This document shows positions 55,447 through 63,508 of a stretch of DNA of 64,000 nucleotides, piece after piece. Under the pieces are notes generated by a model. The model was not told the origin of the DNA, did not search any database, and was given only the letters and a program-made list of their open reading frames with translations. Numbering within the stretch: the first letter of the stretch is position 1; each line of letters opens with the position of its first letter. Source of the stretch: an uncultured Acidobacteriota bacterium (GTDB lineage Bacteria; Acidobacteriota; Thermoanaerobaculia; Thermoanaerobaculales; Sulfomarinibacteraceae); NCBI GenBank assembly GCA_963753035.1, contig CAVWAW010000019.1, positions 67,152 to 131,151 on the forward strand, in the 5' to 3' direction. The translations under genes and the position numbers were made by a program.

Positions 55447-57297
55447 ATGACCGACGCCGGCACACATCGCAAACACCGTGGACCGGTCGCCCGAGGCCTG
55501 CACGAAATTCAGCGGGGTTGGCGCCGGCTGAATCTGCGGTTCACCGGCAGCGGGGTCGCCACGATCTACAACGACTCCTATGAGCACAGTCTCGGGGTTG
55601 TACCCCTCGATCCCGAACGTGCGACCAAGATCCTCGCATTCCTCACCGAGGAGGGGCTCATCGATTCGGACGACCTGTGGATTGCGCGGGCGCCGGCGCT
55701 TCGCGCCATGCTCCGGGTCCACGATCCGGACTACATCGAGTCGCTGCAGCGGCACGAGGTCGTCGAACGGATTTTCGGCGCCCCCGTCACCGACGAAGAG
55801 ATCGAACGCGTGGTGGAAATGCAGCGGTTCGCGGTCGGGGGCACAATCCAGGCCACCCGCCTTGCACTCCAGAACCGGGGCGTCGCGGTCAATCTCGGGG
55901 GTGGTCAGCACCACGCCACCAGGAGTGCCGGGCTTGGCTTCTGTCTTTTCAACGACATCGCCGTCGCGGTGACCCGGTTGCGCGCCAAGGGGTTTCGCGA
56001 ACCGGTCCTGGTAGTGGATCTGGATGTCCACGATGGCAACGGGACCCGGGAGATCTTCGCCCAGGACCCGTCGGTCCACACCTACTCAATCCACGGTGAA
56101 GATTGGGGTGACACCAACGCCGTGGCTTCGACATCCATCGCTCTCGGCGCTGATGTCGGCGACGAGGTCTATCTCGGCACGCTGCTGAAGACCCTGCCAG
56201 AGGTTTTTGCCGCAACCAAACCGGGCCTGGTGATCTATCTCGCCGGCACCGATCCGGCCGCGGACGACGCTCTGGGGAATTGGAAGATTTCGGCCCGGGG
56301 GATGACGGTCCGCGACGAGTTCGTCATCGAGATCTCTCGGAGAAAGAACCGCCGGATGCCCATCGCCATCGTCCTCGGCGGCGGCTATGGGCCGCGGTCG
56401 TGGAAGTACACCGCCCGATTCTTGAGCTGGCTCATCCGAGGGCGTGTCATCGAGCCGCCGGGTAACGAGGAGCTGACCCTCCGGCGGTTCCGGCAGATCA
56501 AAAACACCATCGACCCGAGTTCGTTGACCTCCGAGCCCGGCGACTTCACATGGAAGCTCTCGGAGGAGGATCTTGCAGGGATTCTCCCCGGTGTGCCGCG
56601 GCGAACCAGGTTTCTGTCATATTTTTCTCGCCACGGTGTCGAGCTCCTGCTCGAGCGCTTCGGGATTCTCGACCAGCTCAGAGTACGAGGTTTCGAAAAC
56701 CCAACCGTTGAAGTCGATCTGTCGCACCCGGTGGGCCAGACGGTCCGGATCTTCGACGGATCCGACCACAAAGAACTCCTGATGGAATTGCGGGTCAACC
56801 GTGATTCGCGCTTGGTCCCGCAATGCGAACTTCTGACCATCGAGTGGCTGTTGCTGCAGAATCCGGAGGCGGAGTTCGGTCCGTATCGACGACCGCTGCC
56901 CGGCCAGAACCACCCCGGGCTGGGCATGCTCAAGGAGGTCTTCGGCTGGCTGGTCATGGTGGCGGAGGTGCTGGAACTCGACGGGATCGGTTATATCCCA
57001 TCCAACTACCACGTCGCCTCCCAGAGCCGAAGGCTGGTTGCGTTCGTCAATCCGGAGCACGAAGCGTGGATGCGGTCACTCGAGGAACTCTTCCGGGAAG
57101 TGCCGCTCGCCGAAGCGAGCCGGATCGTCGCCGACGGCGGTGTGGTGATCGAGGCGACCGGCGAACCGCTGCGGTGGATGGGCTACGCCATGGTCCTTCC
57201 GGTTTCGGATCGACTCAAGGAGCGGGTCTCCGGCGAGGCCTACGATCGGTCGGTCGCCGAAGCCCTCGAATACGCCAAGCTCCGTCTCGCCGACTGA
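55447..57297 (+). CDS. Histone-deacetylase-family amidohydrolase fused to a C-terminal GNAT-like domain of about 290 aa
   Basis: The HDAC core has GGGQHHATRSAGLGFCLFNDIAVA and DLDVHDGNGT. The C-terminal region has a GNAT motif-A-like PLPGQNHPGLGMLKEVFGWLV. Confidence 0.75.
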   Translation: MTDAGTHRKHRGPVARGLHEIQRGWRRLNLRFTGSGVATIYNDSYEHSLGVVPLDPERATKILAFLTEEGLIDSDDLWIARAPALRAMLRVHDPDYIESLQRHEVVERIFGAPVTDEEIERVVEMQRFAVGGTIQATRLALQNRGVAVNLGGGQHHATRSAGLGFCLFNDIAVAVTRLRAKGFREPVLVVDLDVHDGNGTREIFAQDPSVHTYSIHGEDWGDTNAVASTSIALGADVGDEVYLGTLLKTLPEVFAATKPGLVIYLAGTDPAADDALGNWKISARGMTVRDEFVIEISRRKNRRMPIAIVLGGGYGPRSWKYTARFLSWLIRGRVIEPPGNEELTLRRFRQIKNTIDPSSLTSEPGDFTWKLSEEDLAGILPGVPRRTRFLSYFSRHGVELLLERFGILDQLRVRGFENPTVEVDLSHPVGQTVRIFDGSDHKELLMELRVNRDSRLVPQCELLTIEWLLLQNPEAEFGPYRRPLPGQNHPGLGMLKEVFGWLVMVAEVLELDGIGYIPSNYHVASQSRRLVAFVNPEHEAWMRSLEELFREVPLAEASRIVADGGVVIEATGEPLRWMGYAMVLPVSDRLKERVSGEAYDRSVAEALEYAKLRLAD

Positions 57298-57365
57298 ATG
57301 TGGTGATTCTCAGGCAGTTGGAACCCAACCCGTCCTTTTGAGTTAGAGTAAGGCTGGAGGATGCG

Positions 57366-58118
57366 TTGGGACTTGATTTCAATCACGCGCTGGTGATCGG
57401 GGCTTCGTCTGGAATCGGAGCCGCCGTGGCCTGCCGATTGGCCGCCGCCGGGACTCGGGTGGCGCTCGTGGCGCGTCGGCGGGACGAGCTCGAAGAACTG
57501 ACCGCGCAGATCAACACCGCGGCGGGTGAAGACCGGGCGATGTGCCGAGTCCATGACGTTCGCAACACCGATGAAGCGGCCGGACTCTTCCAGGAGATCG
57601 CCCGTGACCTCGGTGGCCTCGATCTCGTGGTCTATGCCGCCGGCGTCATGCATCCCGTGGCGTTTGATGAGTTCAATATCGGCAAGGACCTGGACATCAT
57701 CGATGTCAATCTTCGCGGGGCGATCGCGTGGCTCGATCCGGCTGCCGAGCGCTTCAGCCGGCTTGGCGGAGGCACCATCGTCGGCATCGGCTCGGTCGCC
57801 GGCGACCGCGGCCGATCTGGAAATCCGGCGTACTGCACGGCCAAGGCCGGGTTCCACACCTATCTCGAGGCCATTCGCAACCGAGTGGCCCGAGACGGTG
57901 TCAATGTCGTCACGATCAAACCGGGCTTTGTCGATACGGCCATGACACGAGGACTCGATGGGCTCTTCTGGTTGATTTCCGCCGACCGTGCGGCAGAGAT
58001 CATCCTCTCGAAGGCGCGGCGCGGTGCGGTGGTGGCCTATGTTCCGGCCAGGTGGCGCTGGGTCATGCTTGTGATCCGCTCGATCCCGTCATTCATCTTT
58101 CGCCGGTTGAAGGTGTGA
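57366..58118 (+). CDS. SDR, DprE2-like (decaprenylphospho-2-keto-ribose reductase homolog)
   Basis: VIGASSGIG and YCTAKAG. The C-terminus AYVPARWRWVMLVIRSIPSFIFRRLKV resembles the M. tuberculosis DprE2 tail as I recall it (...[21 protein letters not shown]). TTG start with a GGAGG RBS. Confidence 0.75.
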   Translation: MGLDFNHALVIGASSGIGAAVACRLAAAGTRVALVARRRDELEELTAQINTAAGEDRAMCRVHDVRNTDEAAGLFQEIARDLGGLDLVVYAAGVMHPVAFDEFNIGKDLDIIDVNLRGAIAWLDPAAERFSRLGGGTIVGIGSVAGDRGRSGNPAYCTAKAGFHTYLEAIRNRVARDGVNVVTIKPGFVDTAMTRGLDGLFWLISADRAAEIILSKARRGAVVAYVPARWRWVMLVIRSIPSFIFRRLKV

Positions 58119-59533
58119 CCGTGCTCGCCGGAGATCGAATTCGCCGGGTCGAGGGATGGGGAATGGCCGTCGGTGCGGCCGGGTATCTCTATCAGCCGCG
58201 CAGCCTTCAGGATATCTCTGGTGTCATGGATACCGCTCGATCGACGGGCGTTCCCATCGTCGCCCGTGGATCCGGCTGCAGCTATGGCGACGCAGCCATC
58301 CTTCCCGAAGGCGTGGTTCTCGATTTCTCCAAGATGCGTCAGCTGCTGGCCTGGGATCCCGCGACGGGGATCATCGATGTCGAACCGGGCGTGACGGTGA
58401 GGCAACTCTGGCGCCACACCCTCGCCGACGGCTGGTGGCCGCCCATCGTCACCGGAACCATGGAACCGACCCTCGGTGGATGTCTGGCCATGAATGTCCA
58501 CGGCAAGAACAACTGGGTCCGCGGCACAATGGGTGACCACTGTCTCGAGCTCGATCTGTTGACGCCTGAGGGGGGGCTTCAGACCATCAGCCGGCACGAT
58601 GACCCCGAGCTCTTCCGCGCGGTCATCGGAGGCTTCGGTCAGCTCGGTCTGATCACCCGCGCTCGAATTCAGCTCAAACGCGTGCGCTCGGGCCTCACCG
58701 AGGCCGAGGCCGTGGCCGCACCCGATCTCGGCAGCCTGCTTCAGCGCCTCGATGACGCCAAGGACGACTGGGAGTACGTTGTCGGGTGGCTCGACGCCTT
58801 TCCGGGGGGCAAGAAGCTCGGACGTGGCCTGCTCCACTTCGCTCGGCACCTGAATGCAGACGAGGACCCCGATCCTCAGACCAGCCTCGACCCCACCAAA
58901 CAGGATCTCCCGTCGACGCTATTTGGGGTCATCCCCAAGTCGATGATGTGGCGGATGGTGAAGCCGTTCACCAACAATCTCGGGATGCGTGCGATCAACC
59001 TCGCAAAGTACCTTCAAGGATCGGTGCTTGCCGATGGTGCGGTCTACCGCCAGTCTCTGGCGGCGTTTTCGTTCCTCCTTGACTACATCCCCAACTGGAA
59101 GAACGCGTACCTCCCGGGCGGGTTGATTCAACACCAGAGTTTTGTCCCGGTCGCCGCAGCGGAGCGGGTATTCAGCCGACAGTTGGAGATCTGCAGGCGA
59201 TGGGGGATGCCCTCGTACCTCGGGGTGCTCAAGCGGCACCGGCCCGACGACTTCCTTCTCACCCACGCGGTGGATGGATTCTCGCTGGCCCTTGATTTTC
59301 CGGTCATCGAAAGCCGAAGATCCGAGCTCTGGGCCATGATCCGAGAGATCGCCGAACCGGTCGTGGCCGCCGGCGGCCGGTTCTACCCCGCCAAGGACGC
59401 AGCCTTGCCCGGAGAACTCTACCGGGCGACCTTTCACGATGGTCAACTCGAGGATTTTGCCGATCTCAAACAGCGAGTGGATCCGGATGGAGTCCTCCGA
59501 TCGGCGCTCGCTGACCGGCTCCTGGAGCGCTGA
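58115..59533 (+). CDS. FAD-binding oxidoreductase, DprE1-like
   Basis: The N-terminus VEGWGM...ARGSGCSYGDAAILPEGVVLDF parallels DprE1 LTGWGR...ARGLGRSYGDNAQ..GLVIDM. The GTG start overlaps the upstream stop (GTGA). Confidence 0.75.
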   Translation: MTVLAGDRIRRVEGWGMAVGAAGYLYQPRSLQDISGVMDTARSTGVPIVARGSGCSYGDAAILPEGVVLDFSKMRQLLAWDPATGIIDVEPGVTVRQLWRHTLADGWWPPIVTGTMEPTLGGCLAMNVHGKNNWVRGTMGDHCLELDLLTPEGGLQTISRHDDPELFRAVIGGFGQLGLITRARIQLKRVRSGLTEAEAVAAPDLGSLLQRLDDAKDDWEYVVGWLDAFPGGKKLGRGLLHFARHLNADEDPDPQTSLDPTKQDLPSTLFGVIPKSMMWRMVKPFTNNLGMRAINLAKYLQGSVLADGAVYRQSLAAFSFLLDYIPNWKNAYLPGGLIQHQSFVPVAAAERVFSRQLEICRRWGMPSYLGVLKRHRPDDFLLTHAVDGFSLALDFPVIESRRSELWAMIREIAEPVVAAGGRFYPAKDAALPGELYRATFHDGQLEDFADLKQRVDPDGVLRSALADRLLER

Positions 59534-59543
59534 GGTGGGGAGG

Positions 59544-60791
59544 ATGAGAACAGCGATCGTTGCGGCGATCGGGGCGCTCCTCGTCGGTCCGGCGACGCCG
59601 TTCGCGAAATCCGACACCGATCGGCTGCACTACTTCGCGGTCAACGGCAGCGGTGTTCTGAGCTCGGCCAAGGCCGATCTGCCGGTGAACCCGGCGTCGG
59701 TGGTCAAAATCGCAACGACGTTGTGGGCCCTCGCTGAACTCGAGGCCGGTCATCGCTTCACCACCTCGATCGGGTATCTCGGAAGCTGGGACCCATCCTC
59801 GGGCGTTTTGGTCGGCGATCTTGTGATCCGCGGAGGGGACGACCCGGATTTCCAGTGGGAAAACGCCTTCCTCGTGGCGCGTGAGCTCAACCGGCTCGGC
59901 CTGCGCCGAGTGGAGGGCCGGGTTCTGGTTCAGGGACGATTCTGGCTTGGCTGGGAGCACGGGGTGGAAAAACGGGTGACCGATCCGACCCAATTGGCTG
60001 AGAAGATGGGCCGCAGGCTCATCGGCACCCTGGATCCGGTCAGGTGGACCCGCTCCCAGCTCAATACCTGGAAGGCGCTGTGCGAGCGGCGTGGTTGGGA
60101 CATCACGCGCAGGCCGCAGGTGAAAGTCACCGGAGGGGCGCGTTTTGACACGCTGCGCGACGCAACGCCGATGCTCGTCCACCGCTCGAACCCACTCGAA
60201 GTCATCATGCGGCGCTTCAACGTCTACTCCAACAACGACATCGTCCGAGTGGCGGACGGGATCGGCACGCTGGACGAGTTCGAGGCCTTCGTCACCCGGC
60301 GTCTCGGTGTCGAACCGGGTCGGATCGAGCTCGAGACGGCGTCGGGTGAGCGCCGCAACCGGATGACCGTGCAGCAGATGGCGGGTCTTCTGACCGAGCT
60401 CGATATCGAGGCCGAAGAACAGGGGCTCGAGGTCCAGAAGTTGCTGCCCGTTCTCGGCTGCGACCCCGGCCACACAAGACGGATGTTTCCCGCTTTGGCC
60501 GAGCCCGAGTTCGCGGGGGCGGTGACCTGCAAGACGGGGACCTTGACCCATACCGATGGCGGGGTGGCGGTCCTGGCGGGGATCTTCACCAGTCCGACCA
60601 ACGGACCGGTGGTCTTCGCCATCGCCGCGCCCGGGGCCGGCGGTAAGCTCGACTACTGGCGGATGATCCAACAGCGGTGGATCCTCGACCTCATCGCCGA
60701 GTCGGGCGGGGCGGTGACGACACCCTGCGGCGATCCGCTGCCGTTCTCCGACACCTTCGCCGAGATCGAGGTCGTCGCCGGCGGAGAATAA
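59544..60791 (+). CDS. dacB: D-alanyl-D-alanine carboxypeptidase/endopeptidase, PBP4 (S13) family
   Basis: SxxK (PASVVK), SxN (YSNND) and KTG (CKTGTL) motifs, plus GDLVIRGGDDPDF. Trimmed to the Met at 59544. Confidence 0.85.
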   Translation: MRTAIVAAIGALLVGPATPFAKSDTDRLHYFAVNGSGVLSSAKADLPVNPASVVKIATTLWALAELEAGHRFTTSIGYLGSWDPSSGVLVGDLVIRGGDDPDFQWENAFLVARELNRLGLRRVEGRVLVQGRFWLGWEHGVEKRVTDPTQLAEKMGRRLIGTLDPVRWTRSQLNTWKALCERRGWDITRRPQVKVTGGARFDTLRDATPMLVHRSNPLEVIMRRFNVYSNNDIVRVADGIGTLDEFEAFVTRRLGVEPGRIELETASGERRNRMTVQQMAGLLTELDIEAEEQGLEVQKLLPVLGCDPGHTRRMFPALAEPEFAGAVTCKTGTLTHTDGGVAVLAGIFTSPTNGPVVFAIAAPGAGGKLDYWRMIQQRWILDLIAESGGAVTTPCGDPLPFSDTFAEIEVVAGGE

Positions 60792-61398
60792 CGCAGAGCC
60801 GCAGAGGCGCAGAGACATCGCACATCGCAGTTTCACCGCAAAGACGCCAGGAACGCCAAGACCATCGCAACCGATGATCGCGGTGGAGTCGGTGTCGGTC
60901 GGACCGCCACCACTGCTGCTTCATGTGCTCGCATCGAACGCGGCGTTCGTGACGAGCACATGAAGCAGCAGCTCGCCGCGCCTACGGCGCGCCGGCTCCG
61001 CCTGGGTTTCGCTCTCCATCAACTCTATCCAAATGAGGGACCTCGATCTGGAGGAGATCCAATACCCAAGAAGCTGTGGAGGCAGGATGGTCGTGCTGAA
61101 AGCACGATCCGAGACTCGTGAGATCAGATTCCGAAACGCCGCGCTTCGGAATCTGATCTCACGGGTCTTGGGTCCTCGGCCCCGGGACGAGGGCCACCGT
61201 CCGGCCGGTTGACGATCACGAACACGGTTTGGCCGAGGTCGGTACCGGGCCCGATCCGTGTTCATCCACCGAATCAGTGACCATCCGTGTCCCATTGCGA
61301 TGATGCGATGTCTCTGCGTCTCCGCGTCTCTGCGTCTCTGCGTTGAACTGCGATGTCTTGGCGATCTTGGCGTCGTTGCGGTTCAACCCGTGATGTGA
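60792..61398 (-). repeat. E600 element copy B (inverted relative to copy A)
   Basis: Begins right after the dacB stop with CGCAGAGCCGCAGAGGCGCAGAGACATCGCA. The right arm ends GTTGCGGTTCAAC at 61386. Hairpins at 60913-60971 (19-bp stem) and 61113-61167 (23-bp stem). Confidence 0.8.
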
Positions 61399-61408
61399 CG
61401 GCGCTGAG

Positions 61409-62425
61409 CTATGCCACGCACCAGAAGGTATTGCCTTCGTCGAGGTCGAGTTCGACCAGCCGCGTTCTGATAAGGTTCCTCGCTCCCCGTGACGCCACCG
61501 CCGCGATGACGACGGTGTCGCCGTCGAGATGCGCGGGGAGATCATCGGGCGAGATCACGTTGATCCTCCGCAGGGTGCCGCCGATTTTTCTCGGGTCGAT
61601 GTCCACGACTGCGGCGATCTCGACACCCTCCTCCATGAGAAATTTGGACAGCCTCCGGCCGGTCTGGCCGGCGCCCCAGAGAATGACCTTTGAGAAAGAA
61701 GCCAAGGGACCGCGGGCGAGAAAATGAGCTTTGCAGCGCAGGAAGCTCGGCACCGAGTAGCGGGTGTCGGTGCGGGTGAGTCGATCGTCGTGCTCCCGCC
61801 AGAAGAAGAGCGGACGATCGATCTTTTCGAAGATCACACCGGCCGCGAAACAACGCAGCCAGAGGTCGTAGTCTTCGGCCCATCCCGGATCACGCCAACC
61901 ACCGATCTCGGTGAGGACCTCGCGGCGAACCATCACCGACGGGTGGGCGACGGGTGATTCGATGAACCGCTCGCGTTTGATCTCGTCATGGGTCACGAGC
62001 GAATTCAACCATTCCTCGTAGAGGCGGAAGCCCATGGCCACGCAGCGCGACGGAAAATGGCGCACCAGGCAGGACACGACTCCGACCTCGGGCTGGTCGG
62101 CGAAACGGGCGGCCTGGAGTTCGAGCCGTTTCGGATGGCTGATGTCATCGGCGTCCATCCTCGCCACCAGCGGCGCCCGGCAGTGTTCGAAACCGCGATT
62201 GAGAGCGGCGACCAGCCCCTCGGCCGGTTGGTGAACCACGGTAAAACGTGGGTCCCGATCCGCCCAGGTATCGAGGAGAGCCCCGCTGTCATCGTCGGAT
62301 CCGTCGTCCACGGCGATGACCTCGAAGTCGGTCAGCGACTGGTGGGCCAGGCTGGCGAGACCGGCCTCGAGCCACCGGCCGCCGTTGCGAACCGGGAGGA
62401 GCACGGAAACCATCGGGGTAGTCAT
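61409..62425 (-). CDS. Family 2 glycosyltransferase with a C-terminal Rossmann-like domain
   Basis: VSVLLPVRNG, VIAVDDGSDD and the DxD motif in RMDADDIS. The C-terminus has VILWGAGQTGRRL. Trimmed to the Met at 62425. Confidence 0.8.
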   Translation of the reverse strand: MTTPMVSVLLPVRNGGRWLEAGLASLAHQSLTDFEVIAVDDGSDDDSGALLDTWADRDPRFTVVHQPAEGLVAALNRGFEHCRAPLVARMDADDISHPKRLELQAARFADQPEVGVVSCLVRHFPSRCVAMGFRLYEEWLNSLVTHDEIKRERFIESPVAHPSVMVRREVLTEIGGWRDPGWAEDYDLWLRCFAAGVIFEKIDRPLFFWREHDDRLTRTDTRYSVPSFLRCKAHFLARGPLASFSKVILWGAGQTGRRLSKFLMEEGVEIAAVVDIDPRKIGGTLRRINVISPDDLPAHLDGDTVVIAAVASRGARNLIRTRLVELDLDEGNTFWCVA

Positions 62426-62466
62426 GGCGCACCGACTATAGCGCCGGCCCGCGCAACTGTGGTTCA

Positions 62467-63507
62467 ATGGCCCGCCGAACAATGCTGTATCCACTTTCCC
62501 GCGCCGCCCTCTTCAAGCTCGAGCCCGAGACCGCCCACGCCGTATCTCTCGCCGCCATCGCCAAAGCGGGAGCCGTGCCTCCCGTGCGGGCAGCACTTGC
62601 CGCGTGTTTCTGTGTGCCCGATGCCGAACCGGTCGAGGCCTTCGGGTTGACCTTTCCAAACCGGGTCGGGCTTGCCGCCGGTTATGACAAGGATGGCGAA
62701 GGATGGCGTGGTCTGGCCACCCTGGGCTTCGGCCACGTCGAAGTTGGGACGGTGACTCCGCTGCCACAGCCGGGAAACCCGAAACCGCGGGTCTTCCGTT
62801 TGGTCGACCGGCGGTCGGTGATCAACAGAATGGGATTCCCGGGACGCGGCGCGGCCTATGTCGCCGATCAGCTTCGCAAACCCGGTCCGCCCGGGCTGAT
62901 TCTCGGGGTCAACATCGGCAAACAAAAGGACACCGCCCTCGAGGATGCGGCGGGCGACTACGAAGAACTCATGGAGGTCTTCGCCCCGTTGGCCGATTAC
63001 CTCGCCGTCAACATCTCGTCGCCCAATACCCCCGGGCTGAGGCAGCTCCAGGAACGGTCGTTCCTCGGCGCGCTGCTCGGTCGACTCGCCGCCAAACAGG
63101 CTTTGCTGGCGGATGGGACCGGAAAACGGGTGCCGGTACTGGTCAAACTCGCGCCCGATCTCGATCCCGACCAGCTCCGGACGGCTGTCGACTGCGTGGT
63201 CGAATCGGGGCTCGACGGGATCATCGCCACCAACACGACGATCTCGAGAGACGGTGTCGATGGGCATCCTCTATCCTTCGAGGAGGGTGGGCTCAGTGGT
63301 GCGACCCTCACCGAGATGAGCACCCGGATCATCGCCGCCATCGCCGAGCACCTCGACGGAGCACTGCCCATCATCGGTGTCGGGGGCATCATGTCTCCCG
63401 ATGACGCGCGCGCCAAGCTCGACGCCGGCGCCACCCTGTTGCAGGTCTACACCGGGATGATCTACGAGGGCCCCGGTCTGGTGAAGCGGATCCTCAAGGC
63501 GCTCTGA
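62467..63507 (+). CDS. pyrD: Dihydroorotate dehydrogenase (quinone), class 2
   Basis: FPNRVGLAAGYDKDG, NISSPNTPGLR, IIATNTT and GVGGI. The start could be the Met at 62482. Confidence 0.95.
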   Translation: MARRTMLYPLSRAALFKLEPETAHAVSLAAIAKAGAVPPVRAALAACFCVPDAEPVEAFGLTFPNRVGLAAGYDKDGEGWRGLATLGFGHVEVGTVTPLPQPGNPKPRVFRLVDRRSVINRMGFPGRGAAYVADQLRKPGPPGLILGVNIGKQKDTALEDAAGDYEELMEVFAPLADYLAVNISSPNTPGLRQLQERSFLGALLGRLAAKQALLADGTGKRVPVLVKLAPDLDPDQLRTAVDCVVESGLDGIIATNTTISRDGVDGHPLSFEEGGLSGATLTEMSTRIIAAIAEHLDGALPIIGVGGIMSPDDARAKLDAGATLLQVYTGMIYEGPGLVKRILKAL

Positions 63508-63508
63508 A

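Noticed and set aside
60921-61295. Arg-rich ORFs crossing the E600 hairpin in all three copies (18467-19030, 60921-61295, 63622-63975). They share a translation ...RQPAGR.PSS.GRGP..REIRF..AA..N.ISRV.DR....TT. In copies B and C they also share an ATGGGACACGGAT start.
   Set aside because: The similarity tracks nucleotide conservation of the flanks. The hairpin and cassette parts give unrelated peptides. Copy A lacks the start, the composition is typical non-coding GC-rich read-through, and there is no RBS. It would need Ribo-seq or a dN/dS test on many copies to revive.
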